Position numbers and translations under genes: made by a program. From Oculina patagonica (lineage: Eukaryota), in NCBI RefSeq assembly GCF_052425735.1, contig NC_135767.1:21638001-21702000 (forward strand): a stretch of 64,000 nucleotides of DNA, in the 5' to 3' direction. Of this stretch, positions 14,101-25,558 are shown one piece after another. The notes under the pieces were generated by a model. That model was not told the origin of the DNA. It made no database searches and saw nothing but the letters and a program-made list of their open reading frames with translations. Numbering within the stretch: position 1 is the first letter of the stretch; each line of letters begins with the position of its first letter.

Positions 14101-17100
14101 AGCTTCCAGTTCAAACGTACTCGATTTACGAGATTCGCGTGGCTGCCTTTACTCAGAAAGGCATGGGAACGTACAGTGAGTTCGTCTATGGTGGTAAGTG
14201 AATAGAAGTTAAAACTCGTTACGAACCAGACTAGTGTACTGGACTTTGGACCGACCGATCCAGGTTCGGGCCATGGCTCAGATCATTCCGTTATGTTCTG
14301 GGGCAATTAACTTACCTTCTAAGTTTTTTTCTCCTCAATGTGTGTAAAATGAAAGGGTTGAGGTAACCTTGCGTTAGATTGGACACCGCCACAGGGGATA
14401 ATGGATCCCTGTAGATACGCGCGTCGGCCAGATGGGCAAGTCGACTCAAAAGCGACTTTACCATTATCTACCTTACCACGATAACATATAATGTGAACTA
14501 AAATATTAAGTCCTCATTATTGTAATTGATTAATTATAGGAATCAATAAATAGAGAAATAGGAGCCTGGCCCGGGTCATTGTTTTGTGTTGTCGGCCAAG
14601 CAATAGTGCTCCTCTCCACAAGGTGACAAAATGGTCACCGAAAGAATAATGCTGGGCATAACCTTGAGATGGACAGCATCCTAACAAAGGGAAATTGAAA
14701 AATACTCCTGTTGTTTCATGGAGATACGCAGATAAGATCCGGCCCGATCGGCACCTTAAGACAAACGTAAACCTTCATTTATCTTACCATGTTTACGCGT
14801 CATGCGAACAAAAATATGCAGTCCTCATAATTGCAATCGATTATGAATGAATCGATTTCAATTTGAGATATCGTAACCTTTGTGTATGTGATTCTTTTCT
14901 TCTCCATAGAAACCTGCCGTTGCCCAAAAATCCTCTACACAAACTATTGGTCGAATTTTCCATATCTTAAGGTGAACGACGAGGACAATACACTAGAAGG
15001 AGTACTTAGTAGAATTGTCCCAGACATGGTGCATTATGCCTGTGGGATATGCCCTGCACACGGCGATACCTTCATCGACATAACTACAAACGGCAAGGAA
15101 AAGCCGTCCGCCAAGAAAAGCGTCTTAGAAGTACTTCGCGACATGGATGACGTTCCACAGATCAGCTTTCCTATCTACGGCAACAGATACATCGAAACGT
15201 ACATGGGGGAATATGCGTACATCAATCTTGTGGAGTCCCCTGGTGTGGCTTTTATTGCCGCTAAGAGGCCCCCTGGAAAAGCCGCTGACAACATGATAAG
15301 CGCGCTAATTGACTGTATGCCTGTTATGGTGCTATCAGCGTGTATGGCTTTTTTATCAGGGTTTATAATTTGGATTTTGGTAAGTCGCTGCTGTTGGTGC
15401 TTACTGTCTTTCCTTAACGAAAATTAATACAAAGTCTGTAACTTTAAAATCACAGAATTGATACGTTGTGCGTGCTTGGCAATGTCATGATGGCCAACCA
15501 TTGCAGTCTTATTATATTATGTTTACGTAATTACCCACGCAGAACTAGTGCCAATGTCAAATATAATGACTGTTAGCAATAGTGGCATTATCAAAGCAGT
15601 ATTAAATAATGGCTTTGTGCCCGGAAATCAGTACTCGCCACTTTAGAAACGAAAATAAATGTGGGACGAGTGTCATCTTGCAAGCGCTAAGGGACGTGCC
15701 ATTTCTTGGGACCAAAAAAAAGACGAGAAGCCGCTTTTTGCCGTAACGGTCCCACAAGCGACTGTAAGTGGCAAAGTGCACTATATTCCTTCGCAACAAT
15801 TGTTATGAACATTTTGACAGTTTAAGACCGATCAACGAGTTGATTACTAATGATCATGTTTCCTTTCAGGACACGAAGTCCAACCCCGATGAATTTCCAG
15901 CAAGGTTTAGCAAAGGTGTGGCTGAGGGATTCTGGTGGTCGTTCGTTTCCATGACTACTGTTGGGTAAGGTGATCAATTTCACTATTTTTATACGAACTT
16001 TGTCATTTGTTCATTTAAATACATGCATAGTCATAGTGATTCCAAATATAGAGATTTTCTTGGATAAAATAGCACCATTAATTTTTACCCATTTTTTTAG
16101 CCGCAAAGTTCGAATCGAAACTTAAATTACCGCTCAGCAAAATATCGAAAAACCAAGTAACGCTGGGAAAGCGTTGGCAGAATTTAAAGCCCGAATTTAT
16201 AGCTTTATCAAAAGATGCTTTTAAATTTTTATGATGTCATTAACTCCACCTGAAGAAGCCTGCAGTACGCCACCAAACTGTTCATTGTTTGTAATATGTT
16301 TTTTTTTTATATAAAATCAGGTGTCAACGTTTCCTATCATTTTCACAGTTAGAGTAAAGCTAATTGTTTGGTTGTTTGTTTGTTTGTTTTTTTGTTTAAT
16401 GACAGATACGGAGACCGGTCACCCCGGTCTATCCCTGCCCGTATTTTTGCTATCATGTGGACACTGACTGGTCTTGTTATCATTGGCATTCTGATTGGTG
16501 CAATTGCCTCGTCACTCACATCTGTTACTGTAGACCATTCCATCATTCTTTATGGGTCAAAGGTGTGTTCAAATTACAAATATGCATGTAAACGTATGTA
16601 AGTCTTAGTGTGAAGACGGGTAAATAATAGAAACAGTTCGTTCGGACACTTAGTCTGAATTGAATTATAAGCATTTGTATGTAATGGAAGATAGATTTGC
16701 AACAAACCGCTACCGAGAAAAATAATAATCCTTTTTAGAGTGAAACAGAGCTCCTGACGGAAGAATAGCTATCTTTTATAAGTCTCCCAGAGTCTCAACC
16801 ATCCTTAACGTTTTTGGCAAGTTTATTTTCTTTTCTTTTTTTTCCTTCTTTGGTGATTGCATCAGAGTTTCTTTTAAATGAAGAGATGATCCTCGCAGTT
16901 ATGAACACAACTAGTTGCGAAAAGAAAGCCTGAAAAAATCAGGCTTTCCGGCACTAGCCGGTGAACCCTGACATCTTCGATACCGGTGCAGCGCTCTAAC
17001 CAATTGAGATAACAAGCCAATGCAATGGTCATGTTTGGTTCGTAATATACCCGGGGAAGATGAAGATGAAATTATGAATATATGAAGAATAAATGAAGAC

Positions 17101-20100
17101 ATGATCCTCGCAATTATGAACGAGGATCATCTCTTCATTTATTCTTCATCCGCAGTTCAAATATATGATTTCATATATTCATAATTTCAGAGTTTCTTTT
17201 ATTAAATTTAGATTGGAGCCATTCATAACTCCACGGAACATCAAATCGCAACCCTTAAGAACGCAAGAGTGAATGAAGGTACGAAATATTAGACTTCTTT
17301 TAGACAGCAGTGTTTTTATAAGAGGACTCAAAGCAAAAATAATCAAAAAAGTGATTATTTGTGTTGGTTTTAATGGGATGAAATTCAATGGTTGAAAAAA
17401 AGGCGAAAAAATGTAGGCGCAACCAAATGTACAAACCCCAACCTCCCCCTAACAAGGGCACTTTAGGTTTACGGTAGTGTGGTGTCCATCTATGAATTTT
17501 TAGCATTGGGTACTTCATAAAACTTAATCTCTCCGGATCCCTTTAAATTTAACTCAATTGAAATTTCTATTTTATTACTTGTTTCTTCATTAACATATTG
17601 CCATTACAAATATAAAATATCGGATTAGGTTGTGAACCCCTCATTCTAGCATATATGAATGTATTTTTTTGCACGGCACCTTAAGGAGATAATAGTGGTG
17701 CTAAAAAAGATAGAATACATAGAGCCTCCAATTATAATCTTCCCTTGACTTTTACCGCCTGCTGCTTGAAATCCTTAAGTTCTGTTTCATTTTTTGTCCG
17801 CAGATCGAAAATACAGAAACTTTGAAGAAATACGAACAGCACTAGAAGATGGAGAAATCGATGGAGCCCTGCTAGACACATATGTTGCTGCAGAACATAA
17901 AGAAGAGATCTTTAGCGATAAGATATATGTCAAAGAGATCATGGACCGGCCATTTGGTTATGGCGTGGTGCTGTCAGGTGCGGCAAGGAATGTGGAACAA
18001 AGATGTCGGGATTATATTGACATGCAAATACGCGAAATATTTGATATCATCCAGAATACTACAAAGACACTTGACGTAAGTTTCTTGATAAGATCTGTGC
18101 TATTCCAGTAAGAGGTTGGTTGGAGGGTATTACGTCTCCGCCGTCACATTAGTTTTTTATCTATTGAATCATTTTTCAAAGGTAGAACATTGTCACTTAA
18201 CTGAATCAATCGACAAAACGAGCTTTACGATGACTATTGTATTTGAAATTCACCTAATTTTATCTTATTTTAAAGTTTTTTTCTTTGTATTTAATTAGTA
18301 TTTTTATGACTTTTATTTATTGCAATTACTTATCTTTTCACTTCATATTTACATGTAACCTTTACTAGTTAACCGTTAACTAGCTTATTATTCCACTCTT
18401 ACGTCATTGGACCAATCATGGTCAAAGGAACACACAAAATATGGCACGCTCTTACACACTAGTATTCCGTTGTAGACTGTAATGCTCCATTTTGGAATTA
18501 AGAAACACGAAAAATGTACTTGAGTTCGTACAATAACAAATCCCGTCATTATAGTCCTTGCTCTGTAAAAGGCCAACCATGCTAGTTGAAATATTGGCCA
18601 ATGAATACTACTTTCCTTTTTCGTAGTTGTGCCAGCTTTGCAATTAATTTGGTTATATGTTTTTTTTTTTGGTTTTTCTTATACTCTATTGAAATGTTGG
18701 TAGCACAGGTTTACATCTTTTTCCTGTCTTTCCACAGCCGGCCGCCCCAGATGAGGAAGTGGAAGAAAGTACAGGACTGTTCGATGGTTCCTCAGATATG
18801 TTTTTTATGGCCATGGTGGTTCTGCTTGGTATACTGGGAGTAGCTGTCCTTGCAGGAATTTCCTATCAGTTTTTGATATTTGTTCCCCGAAAAAAGAGAG
18901 GTAAAGAAACAGTAACGACTTGTGATGGATCGGGACCGCAGTAACAGAGAGCGTCATGGCTTTACTACAAGAAAAATATCATAAGTTCAGAATAATATCT
19001 TAATATACGAATTTTCACATTAGCTTGCGTGTCAACACACGGTTTCCATTAGTCCAGTCGCTGTACTCTTCCTATCCAGCATAAAATAGGGGTTGAACCC
19101 AGACGGCAGAAGTTGTGGATATCTTGTGCTCGTGCTCAAAACGACCCAATCAAAAATGGCAGAGGAGGGTGGCGTAACTTACTTGGGAGGCGCGTGCTAG
19201 ATTAAAACTTGCTCTCTCAAACTTCGGGTTCAACTACACAACCCAGCATGCGACCAAAATGCAAAGAAAACTGTCGTTCAAACTTTCGTCTAAAGCTAAT
19301 TCAATTAACATGTACTAAAGCCAGAAGTATTGGAACAACTCCGAACACTCTTAAAAGGGCAACCCTGATCATACCTATAGTTAATTGTTTACTATTGGGT
19401 AGCTCACTCGTGAAAAACTCTACCGAGTGGGTTTTTATTAGTACCGGAATTACGCGATCTGTAGTTGGAGAATAGCGATTAGTGTTTCTGACCGTTAGCT
19501 TTTAGTGAATACTGGCTTGCACAATTTGTTTTAAGTTAATACGGTGTTCCTGCTTCAGTGGATGGTCCCGTAGTTGAGTTCGCCTTCTGGCGCGCACGTT
19601 TTCAAAATTGCCGCCCTAAATGCCCCCCCCCCCCCCATTTCTTTCTTTTCCTTTGGGGGGGGGGGGTGGCGATGGCTGAGTTCTGAGCATAGGTATCCAA
19701 GTCATTTTAGAATCTGTCTTCTCCGGCCTGTTTGCGACCTCCAAATAGGGAGGAGAAGGAAGAGTTCAGGGACTGAACTGGGTTGCAATTTTACCGTCCA
19801 ACAGCTGTCGGGTAACTGAAATGACCAAATACAGCAGCTCCTAAAAGGTGGTTATTACAAAGTTAAATCCACAGTTCAATCCCACTCACACCCCCCTCAC
19901 CCCCCCCCCCCCCCCAACCGCCTTCTAGCTTGTACGTCGTACTGTTTAGACCCGTACGCACGCTGTTGAATCGCGCCTAACATAATTTTTTTTTAGTCTT
20001 CTTGGCAACGCTTCACAGCTAATTGCTTCAATCATATTTTTTTTCAGTTGAAACGTTGAAAGCCTCCGCATCGCAATATGCTTACAAGGAGGCCCTCGTT

Positions 20101-20463
20101 ACAGAAATGAGAGAATTCGTGGACTCGTTCCACTCTGCGATAATAAAGAAGTACGAACGAGCAATGAAGAAGATGAACACAATAAGAAAATGTGCAAAGC
20201 ATTCCAAAGAATGTGCATACCTTTGCGAAGGGGCCTCGGCAAATACGATCATAAATCCAGTATATTCAGGATCGCCAGGAAAACAGTCGTTTGATTTGAA
20301 GAGAGAACTTCTTGGGACTGAATCGACGAAATGCATTCTTGACCAGCCTCGACCATGGCATTCAGCAAATGCTGCAGCTCTGAACCGTGCAAGAGATGAC
20401 AGACGTGAAACAAATTTGTATAAGAGTAAAGTGAAAAGATCCTACAATAATGCCTATCATTGA
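862..20463 (+). CDS. Gene A (5'-truncated by window): F5/8C - 6xEGF - TSP1 - SEA - 3xFN3 - iGluR-like S1/M1/pore(TTVGYGD)/M3/S2/M4 - cytoplasmic tail; adhesion-ectodomain K+-filter glutamate-receptor-like channel
   Basis: Hand-spliced GT-AG exons with consistent phases: 862-1196, 2050-2188 (F5/8C); 2808-2921, 3881-4003, 4744-4863, 5515-5640, 6064-6219, 7379-7495 (EGF); 7796-7966 (TSP1); 9297-9406, 9716-9774, 10514-10653 (SEA); 11417-11710, 13014-13316, 13891-14193 (FN3); 14910-15379 (S1+M1); 15870-15964 (pore helix, MTTVG); 16406-16562 (YGD+M3); 17212-17278, 17804-18075 (S2); 18738-18900 (M4); 20048-20463 (tail, TGA). About 1,416 aa in window. Most exon lengths equal those of the paralogue. 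Confidence 0.9.
1598..1973. mobile_element. MITE, PIF/Harbinger-like
   Basis: TIR GGCCATGTTACA.AAGGCAATTTT / AAAATTGCCTTGTGTAACATGGCC with internal TTGCAAC repeats. Confidence 0.7.
3130..3548. repeat. Degenerate pentanucleotide microsatellite (ATCCA/GTCCA, then ATCGT/ATCAT)
   Basis: 5-bp periodicity visible; generates spurious minus-strand ORFs. Confidence 0.85.
5689..5792. repeat. (ATC)n microsatellite
   Basis: Direct reading. Confidence 0.95.
6400..6890 (+). mobile_element. Penelope-like retroelement 3' remnant (RT C-terminal/thumb region)
   Basis: [13 protein letters not shown]...[15 protein letters not shown]...RLHARGYP...[26 protein letters not shown]...[11 protein letters not shown]; contains a frameshift and a stop. 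Confidence 0.8.
8257..9115. mobile_element. hAT-like non-autonomous DNA transposon
   Basis: TIR CATAGGCGTACG...CGTACGCCTATG; perfect 8-bp TSD CGTATAAT (8249-8256, 9116-9123). Confidence 0.85.
9445..9610. repeat. Pentamer microsatellite (CACTT/CACTA/CACTG)
   Basis: Direct reading; a similar tract occupies the same intron of gene B (about 53665-53935). Confidence 0.75.
9985..10443 (-). mobile_element. Interspersed repeat (family ending TAGATTTAGC(C)AAGCCTAAAAGCG.AGCTCC)
   Basis: Reverse-complement similar to 53978-54440. Confidence 0.65.
10611..11140 (+). repeat. About 160-bp degenerate tandem repeat (about 3.3 units) spanning an exon 3' end and splice donor
   Basis: Recurring GTTGATACACCA...GGTA(C/T)GTGAG...GATTTATAACAAC...GGGATT(T)CATATAAA units. 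Confidence 0.7.
11753..12492. mobile_element. PIF/Harbinger-like MITE
   Basis: TIR GGGTGCGTTTCTTTGGGAAAA...TTTTCCCAAAGAAACGCACCC with 3-bp TTA TSD. Confidence 0.85.
12708..12808. repeat. 49-bp direct tandem duplication
   Basis: CCATTAATTCTACTTTCCAACACTC.ATAATTGTTTAAGAAAACATGAT x2. Confidence 0.85.
14225..14780 (+). mobile_element. Two degenerate copies of the tRNA-derived CORE-like SINE
   Basis: Similarity to 29634-29915 and 51047-51290 (GGGTCATTG..TTGTG...GGCAA, GATAAG.TCCGGCC, ACTTTACC tail). Confidence 0.5.
14910..18900 (+). CDS. Gene A channel core exons: periplasmic-binding-protein-like S1, M1, pore helix plus K+ filter, M3, S2, M4
   Basis: [14 protein letters not shown]|[38 protein letters not shown]; S2 motifs [22 protein letters not shown]; hydrophobic M1 ([19 protein letters not shown]) and M4 ([22 protein letters not shown]). 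Confidence 0.88.
16877..17186 (-). mobile_element. tRNA-like-sequence-containing retro-repeat with 15-bp TSD
   Basis: Flanking direct repeat TCAGAGTTTCTTTTA (16862-16876, 17187-17201); minus-strand A-box-like TATCTCAATTGGTTAGAGCG; internal direct and inverted copies of AATGAAGA.ATGATCCTCG. Confidence 0.7.
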
Positions 20464-20716
20464 CGCTTAGTTCAAGTTTAACCCAGCGTCAAACAAATTT
20501 GTAACAAAAAGAAAGGGTCGCGTGGAAACTGATCGATGTTCTTCATGCGGTCCTTACTATTGGAAGTGCAGTTTATAAGTATTTCGAACAGATGTCGTGG
20601 ACTGCGCTTTGTGATAGTCCTTTCATTTTATTCAGTACAAACTGTCGGGAAATTATGCACCATTAGCTTAGCGGCGCCTTGTATATGGACACATAATCAC
20701 TTAAATTTTAAGTATA

Positions 20717-20892
20717 CAGTCAACTTCCTCTATAACGGACATCTTCGGGACCACATATTGGTGTCCGTAAAAGAGGATGTCCGCAACAGCGAGAATTATT
20801 CTAAGTAATTTGTATTTCCCGGGATTTCATTTCCTGTCAGTAATAACGGTGTGACCGTTTTAGCGAGGTGTCCGCAAGGCAAGAGTTGACTG
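20717..20892. mobile_element. Tc1/mariner-like MITE downstream of the gene A stop (probable 3' UTR)
   Basis: TA-CAGTCAACT...AGTTGACTG termini with internal GTGTCCG repeats. Confidence 0.6.
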
Positions 20893-20965
20893 TCTGTATT
20901 TGTGTTCTTGTTGGTCACAAGTTTAATATTTTAAGGAATTATTACATCCACGGTTATAACACTAG

Positions 20966-20971
20966 AATAAA
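20966..20971 (+). terminator. Candidate polyadenylation signal of gene A
   Basis: AATAAA about 500 nt after the stop codon; no transcript evidence. Confidence 0.35.
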
Positions 20972-21429
20972 AGAACGATTTCCGTCTTCCTCATGTCAAA
21001 AGGAACTACGGAAAGAATAGACATTTTTTACAAATGCGTTTAGAGGAATGGAACCTTTAAGACATCATATCTCGTCTTAAATTCATTCTTGATTCTAACT
21101 CTTTATATGCTTTTATTATGAGGATTTTATAGTTTTTCGCACTTGAAATTTTTTTAACTTATTCCTGAAACTTTTACCCCTCATTTCGTTAAAAATTAAA
21201 AGCTGTTCTGTTTTGGGGGATTTTTGACCATTTTCCAAGGTTAAGATTTTCCAAAGTTTTTATAACAATGTTTTGTAGATTATTTGTTTCTTATTGATTG
21301 ATTATTTGTTTTTATTAGTTAAAGTGCTATAGGCCAAGTAATTGAAAAATTTTTCGGACATGAGTACCTTGCATTTTGTCACGTGTATATTTGTAGACAA
21401 CACCAAGCCTAAAAGGAAGGCATTTGAGT

Positions 21430-21842
21430 TATGGACCCGAAGTGTTGGGGTACTTTAAACAGAGTGGCTTCGCGCCAAGGTTCAAAGTCTTACCTTTAAA
21501 CATACTCTTATTGACAGAAAATATAAACTTTTCATACACCTTCAATAGAAATGGTAGCCCTTTCACATAGTAACAGAAAGGATATGGCATTTTTTTTTTC
21601 TTACAACCCTTAAAATACCTAAATGAATCGGCCGTTTCGTGGGTCAGGTCGCGATATCTTGAATTATATTCGATATTTTGAAATGTCTTTTTAAATACCC
21701 AAATTACATTTTCCCCTACACTTTTGTACACTCCAACTCGTGAAATCCTTACCCTTTTATACACCTAAATTTTTTAGACACCTACACCTTTCTGGCGGAG
21801 CCGCTCCGTATAGTCCTTTATACTGAGGATCCCTCCCCTTGG
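21430..21842 (-). mobile_element. Degenerate copy of the CCCGGG-terminus MITE family (another at about 4950-5300)
   Basis: Reverse similarity to 27940-28370 (CCCTTTTATACACCT, GGCGGAGCC.C.CCGTATAG). Confidence 0.55.
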
Positions 21843-22018
21843 GTCATGGTTTGGGTTAAAAATGTTGTGACCGTCCGGCTCTGCCACACTTTTCCAAGGA
21901 GCAACAGTTTACGACTGTAGTTATTTTTGTCCTATGTTGGGCAATTTTGTATTCATAAAGTGGAGATTGAAAGGTTCTTACAACTGTGAGGTAATCATGT
22001 ATAATTATTGAAAAAATT

Positions 22019-22093
22019 GGCCGTTTTTATACTAGAGACGAGTTACCCGTCTAGACGAGCTTCGGCAAAAATTTTGTTGCTCGTCTGGTTATG

Positions 22094-22124
<31 letters not shown>

Positions 22125-22460
22125 GTTACCCGTCTAGACGAGCTTCCTTTCGTTGTCCGTCATTCAAGACGAATTTCGAAAAGTAGCTCGTCTAGACGGG
22201 TAACTCGTCTTGTGCCCGTCTTTATACTAGAGACGCGTTACCTGACGAGCAACAAAATTTTTGCCGAAGCTCGTCTAGACGGGTAACTCGTCTCTAGTAT
22301 AAAAACGGCCAATGTCGTTTAGCAGGATTTCCATTTTACTTTATTTTGCTGGAATGTTTGAGAGAAGTTTGCGTCAGATAACATTTGCCGTTTTTATACT
22401 AGAGACGAGTTACCCGTCTGGACGAGCTTCGGAAAAAATTTTGTTGCTCGTCTGGTTATG

Positions 22461-22491
<31 letters not shown>

Positions 22492-22571
22492 GTTACCCGT
22501 CTAGACGAGCTTCTTTTCGAAATGCGTCTTGAAAGACGAATAACGAAAGCAAGCTCGTCTAGTCGCGTAAC

Positions 22572-22602
<31 letters not shown>

Positions 22603-22899
22603 CATAACTAGACGAGCAACAAAATTTCTGCCGAAGCTCGTCTAGACGGGTAACGCGTTTCTAGTATAAAAACGGCCATTCGTTGCTCGTCTAGTTATGC
22701 GTCTCTAGTACAAAAACGGGCACTAGACGAGTTACTTTTCGAAATGCGTCTTAAAAGACCGATAACGAAAGGAAGCTCGTCTAGACGGGTAACTCGTCTT
22801 GTGCCCGTCTTTATACTAGAGACGCATAACCAGACGAGCAACAAAATTTTTGCCGAAGCTCGCGCAGACGGGTAACTCGTCTCTAGTATAAAAACGGCC
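22019..22899. repeat. Cluster of three palindromic MITE copies (22019-22310, 22387-22677, partial 22680-22899)
   Basis: About 290-bp near-perfect palindromes GGCCGTTTTTATACTAGAGACG...CGTCTCTAGTATAAAAACGGCC built from CGTCTAGACG sub-repeats. Confidence 0.9.
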
Positions 22900-25558
22900 A
22901 TTGCTTAAAAGCCGCTGGGGTAGCCCAGTGCATTCTGGGATGGATTTAGTTCGTCCAGATCGACAGGATATAATTTAAACATGCAAGCAATTTTTGTACT
23001 GATACAGCGTAGCAATAAATAAAACAAAACAATATCCTCTGCTTGTTTTGTTTGTTTGTAGTTACAACTTTGGCTTAAGAAGAACTCCAAAGTCTTGTGA
23101 TGGTGTCATGCTGTTATATTTTGTGCAATTATTTTCGCTCATTGGAGTTCTGCAGGGATGTTTGGGGTGAAAAGGTTGACTTTGTAATCGATGAACTAGT
23201 GATCTCACGCCGTCACATCAAACAAGGGTCTTGCTGTGTACATTATCTGACAGGGATTCATTCGGCTTATTATTGCTTTTTTTGCTGCAAAACTACTCGA
23301 AGCAATAAAAATTGAGGGAAACCGTTTTTGACTTTACTGACTATTTTACCTTCGCTGGCTATGAGCTACTGTCAAAAAAGGAGTGAAATCCCTTTATAAA
23401 ATGGCCTTCACCCTTTCGCATTGATATAAACTGCTTTATACCCCAATGAAACCTTTTCAGAAGTTCTCGAATGTTGCAATTTACGCATGTGAATAATATT
23501 CATACCCAGATTTAGCTTTTTGTACCTCAGTAATACGTAATAATATAATTGCACACAAAATTTTACTTGATAAATTTCAACTATATGGCTAAATTATAAA
23601 GCCTTAAATGCCCAGAAAACAGGTGATTATATCAGCTAAATGTTTCCTTGCACTAATCTCTAAAAATAAAACAGATGATTTATTAAACAAGCTACCGCAT
23701 ATTGTGCCCTTGGTAAATGTTTATATAAATTCCGACCTATATAGGAGACTGTTTTGTTTTCAAATTTGTAATTAAAGCAAGGCCGTGTTTTTTATACAAT
23801 AGTTGACCACGATTATTAAAATAAGTGCATGTCTAGTGCAGAAATTAAAGCAACACCAAATAAAGAAGAAAGTTAAAACAACATTGACAAAAAAATGGTA
23901 AAATGATACAAGTTTATCCACGCAATTATTGAATTATTCACCATGAACGTACTTCTCTAGAATGTTGTTTAAAAACAAACGGAAGTCAAAGAAGTTGGTT
24001 TATTAAATCCATTAATATTAAAGGCCTTGAATTGCTTCCCTGGCATTTCGTTTAAACACCAAACTGTTAACATGCAAAACGCTAAGATGAAGGTGGTTCA
24101 GGTAATACTATAAAATTAACTTGGTAAATTCTGTTTGCTTTTACCTGATACACTAACACCGTATCAAATTCTACCCTGCAGCTTTTCTTGGCTTTACTTT
24201 GCCTTCTTTCTAACTTGGAAGTTAAAGGTATTTACATCTTTATTGTTTTTCCTTAAAAAATAATTGTCAATTCCGGAATCTTAGTCCACCAAATATGTTT
24301 CTTTTAAACAAGAAAAAAATGGTTTTATACACTTCGTGAAAATTGAGTGCTAGTTAAACAGACAGAGGAATTATAGGAATTGAGATTCGTATCCTTAAAT
24401 TCACGGTGGCAATTGCATCTTGGTTTAAAAAACCAAAGTGAAAATAAAACCGATTAAATCTTCAGGTTCCAAAATTAATCTTCGATAATAGTTTACAATG
24501 AAAGGTTTACGTAAAATTCTCTACCACGCCTAATCAATTATTCCAACTCCATTGCCCACAAGCTTATTAATTATAACTGACTTTATTTTGGGTTCAAAAT
24601 GTTTGATATTCCCTTTCAATGTCAAGTAGACACTTTTTCTATTATTTTACCCATCTTCCATCTTCTTTATCTTTGAACCATCTTCGATAATCCTTTGCAA
24701 GTATATGAAAGTATTTAGTATTCCTTTTCAACCCGCCAATCCGATATAAAAAGTTTTTTATAAGACGGCATTCTTGTGGAGATCAAGGTGGCGGGCTGTG
24801 AGTCGAGCTGCAGCTTTTGTATTCGACGGATTGGAATTGACTGACGTGCTAAGAATTTGTGGTAAATATTTCTATTACGGTCTAAATTAGCCCAGATGTC
24901 ATTTCAACTAGTAAGATGCTTTGAGGCTTTACAATATATACTTAATAAGATCAGCTATCAAATCGGAATGACGGGCGTGCTATTATCCGTGTTCGACGAC
25001 TCAAATATGTTGCTAAAAGCTTGATGAATGTAGTCAAGGTAGTTGTTACTGTCCATTGTTGTGATAAATTAGCCCAGGACTAGCAAGATGCAAACAAACT
25101 TCTCGAGACTTGACACAGGCACTAGAAATCACCAGGACACCAGTCAGAGAAATACCTCAACCAGTCAAATTTCGTGACCGATGAAATGTGTTCCACCGAT
25201 AAAAATGTATCAATTCTCGTTCGATGATAACATTTCTCGACAAACTCGAATTGTGAACCCGGCAGACAAGACCAATTTTTTTCTTTTCTCTAATGGTGGA
25301 TTTTGATCACAGTAGCTGTGATTATTTGCCATAAAGATGAACACAAAAGATACTTATCTTGATCTATTTTGTCAGTATGGCTTTCAAAAGCAACAAATTA
25401 TTATTCTTTTGTAAAAACGTAACAAACAAAGTAGACGGAATTACAATGATACATTAAACGCACTAGCTAGTTACTTAATTTAAAAGTTGTTGAAGAATGT
25501 AGATTTACAGTAAAACAGGGGTTCATCTGTATTTGTCTAATTTATTCGGCACTTTTAG

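Noticed and set aside
14910-18900. Calling the gene a canonical AMPA/NMDA/kainate receptor, a Kv/KCNK channel or a receptor phosphatase (from the FN3 repeats)
   Set aside because: No SYTANLAAF or LIVBP ATD, no S4 voltage sensor or second pore domain, and no PTP or kinase domain in the tail; no gene symbol assigned.
22008-22901. Three similar ORFs (AVFILETSYPS...) or a CRISPR-like array
   Set aside because: These are translations of palindromic MITE copies. There are no unique spacers and no cas genes, and the context is eukaryotic.
23108-23170. Signal-peptide-like MLLYFVQLFSLIGVLQGCLG as first exon of gene B
   Set aside because: It is followed by TGA, and the only nearby GT donor gives phase 2 while the D8C exon needs phase 1. 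It cannot be supported without cDNA.
24736-24862. CCAAT + TATAAA + downstream GT donor as gene B promoter or 5' UTR exon
   Set aside because: Short motifs are common in AT-rich DNA; no independent support.
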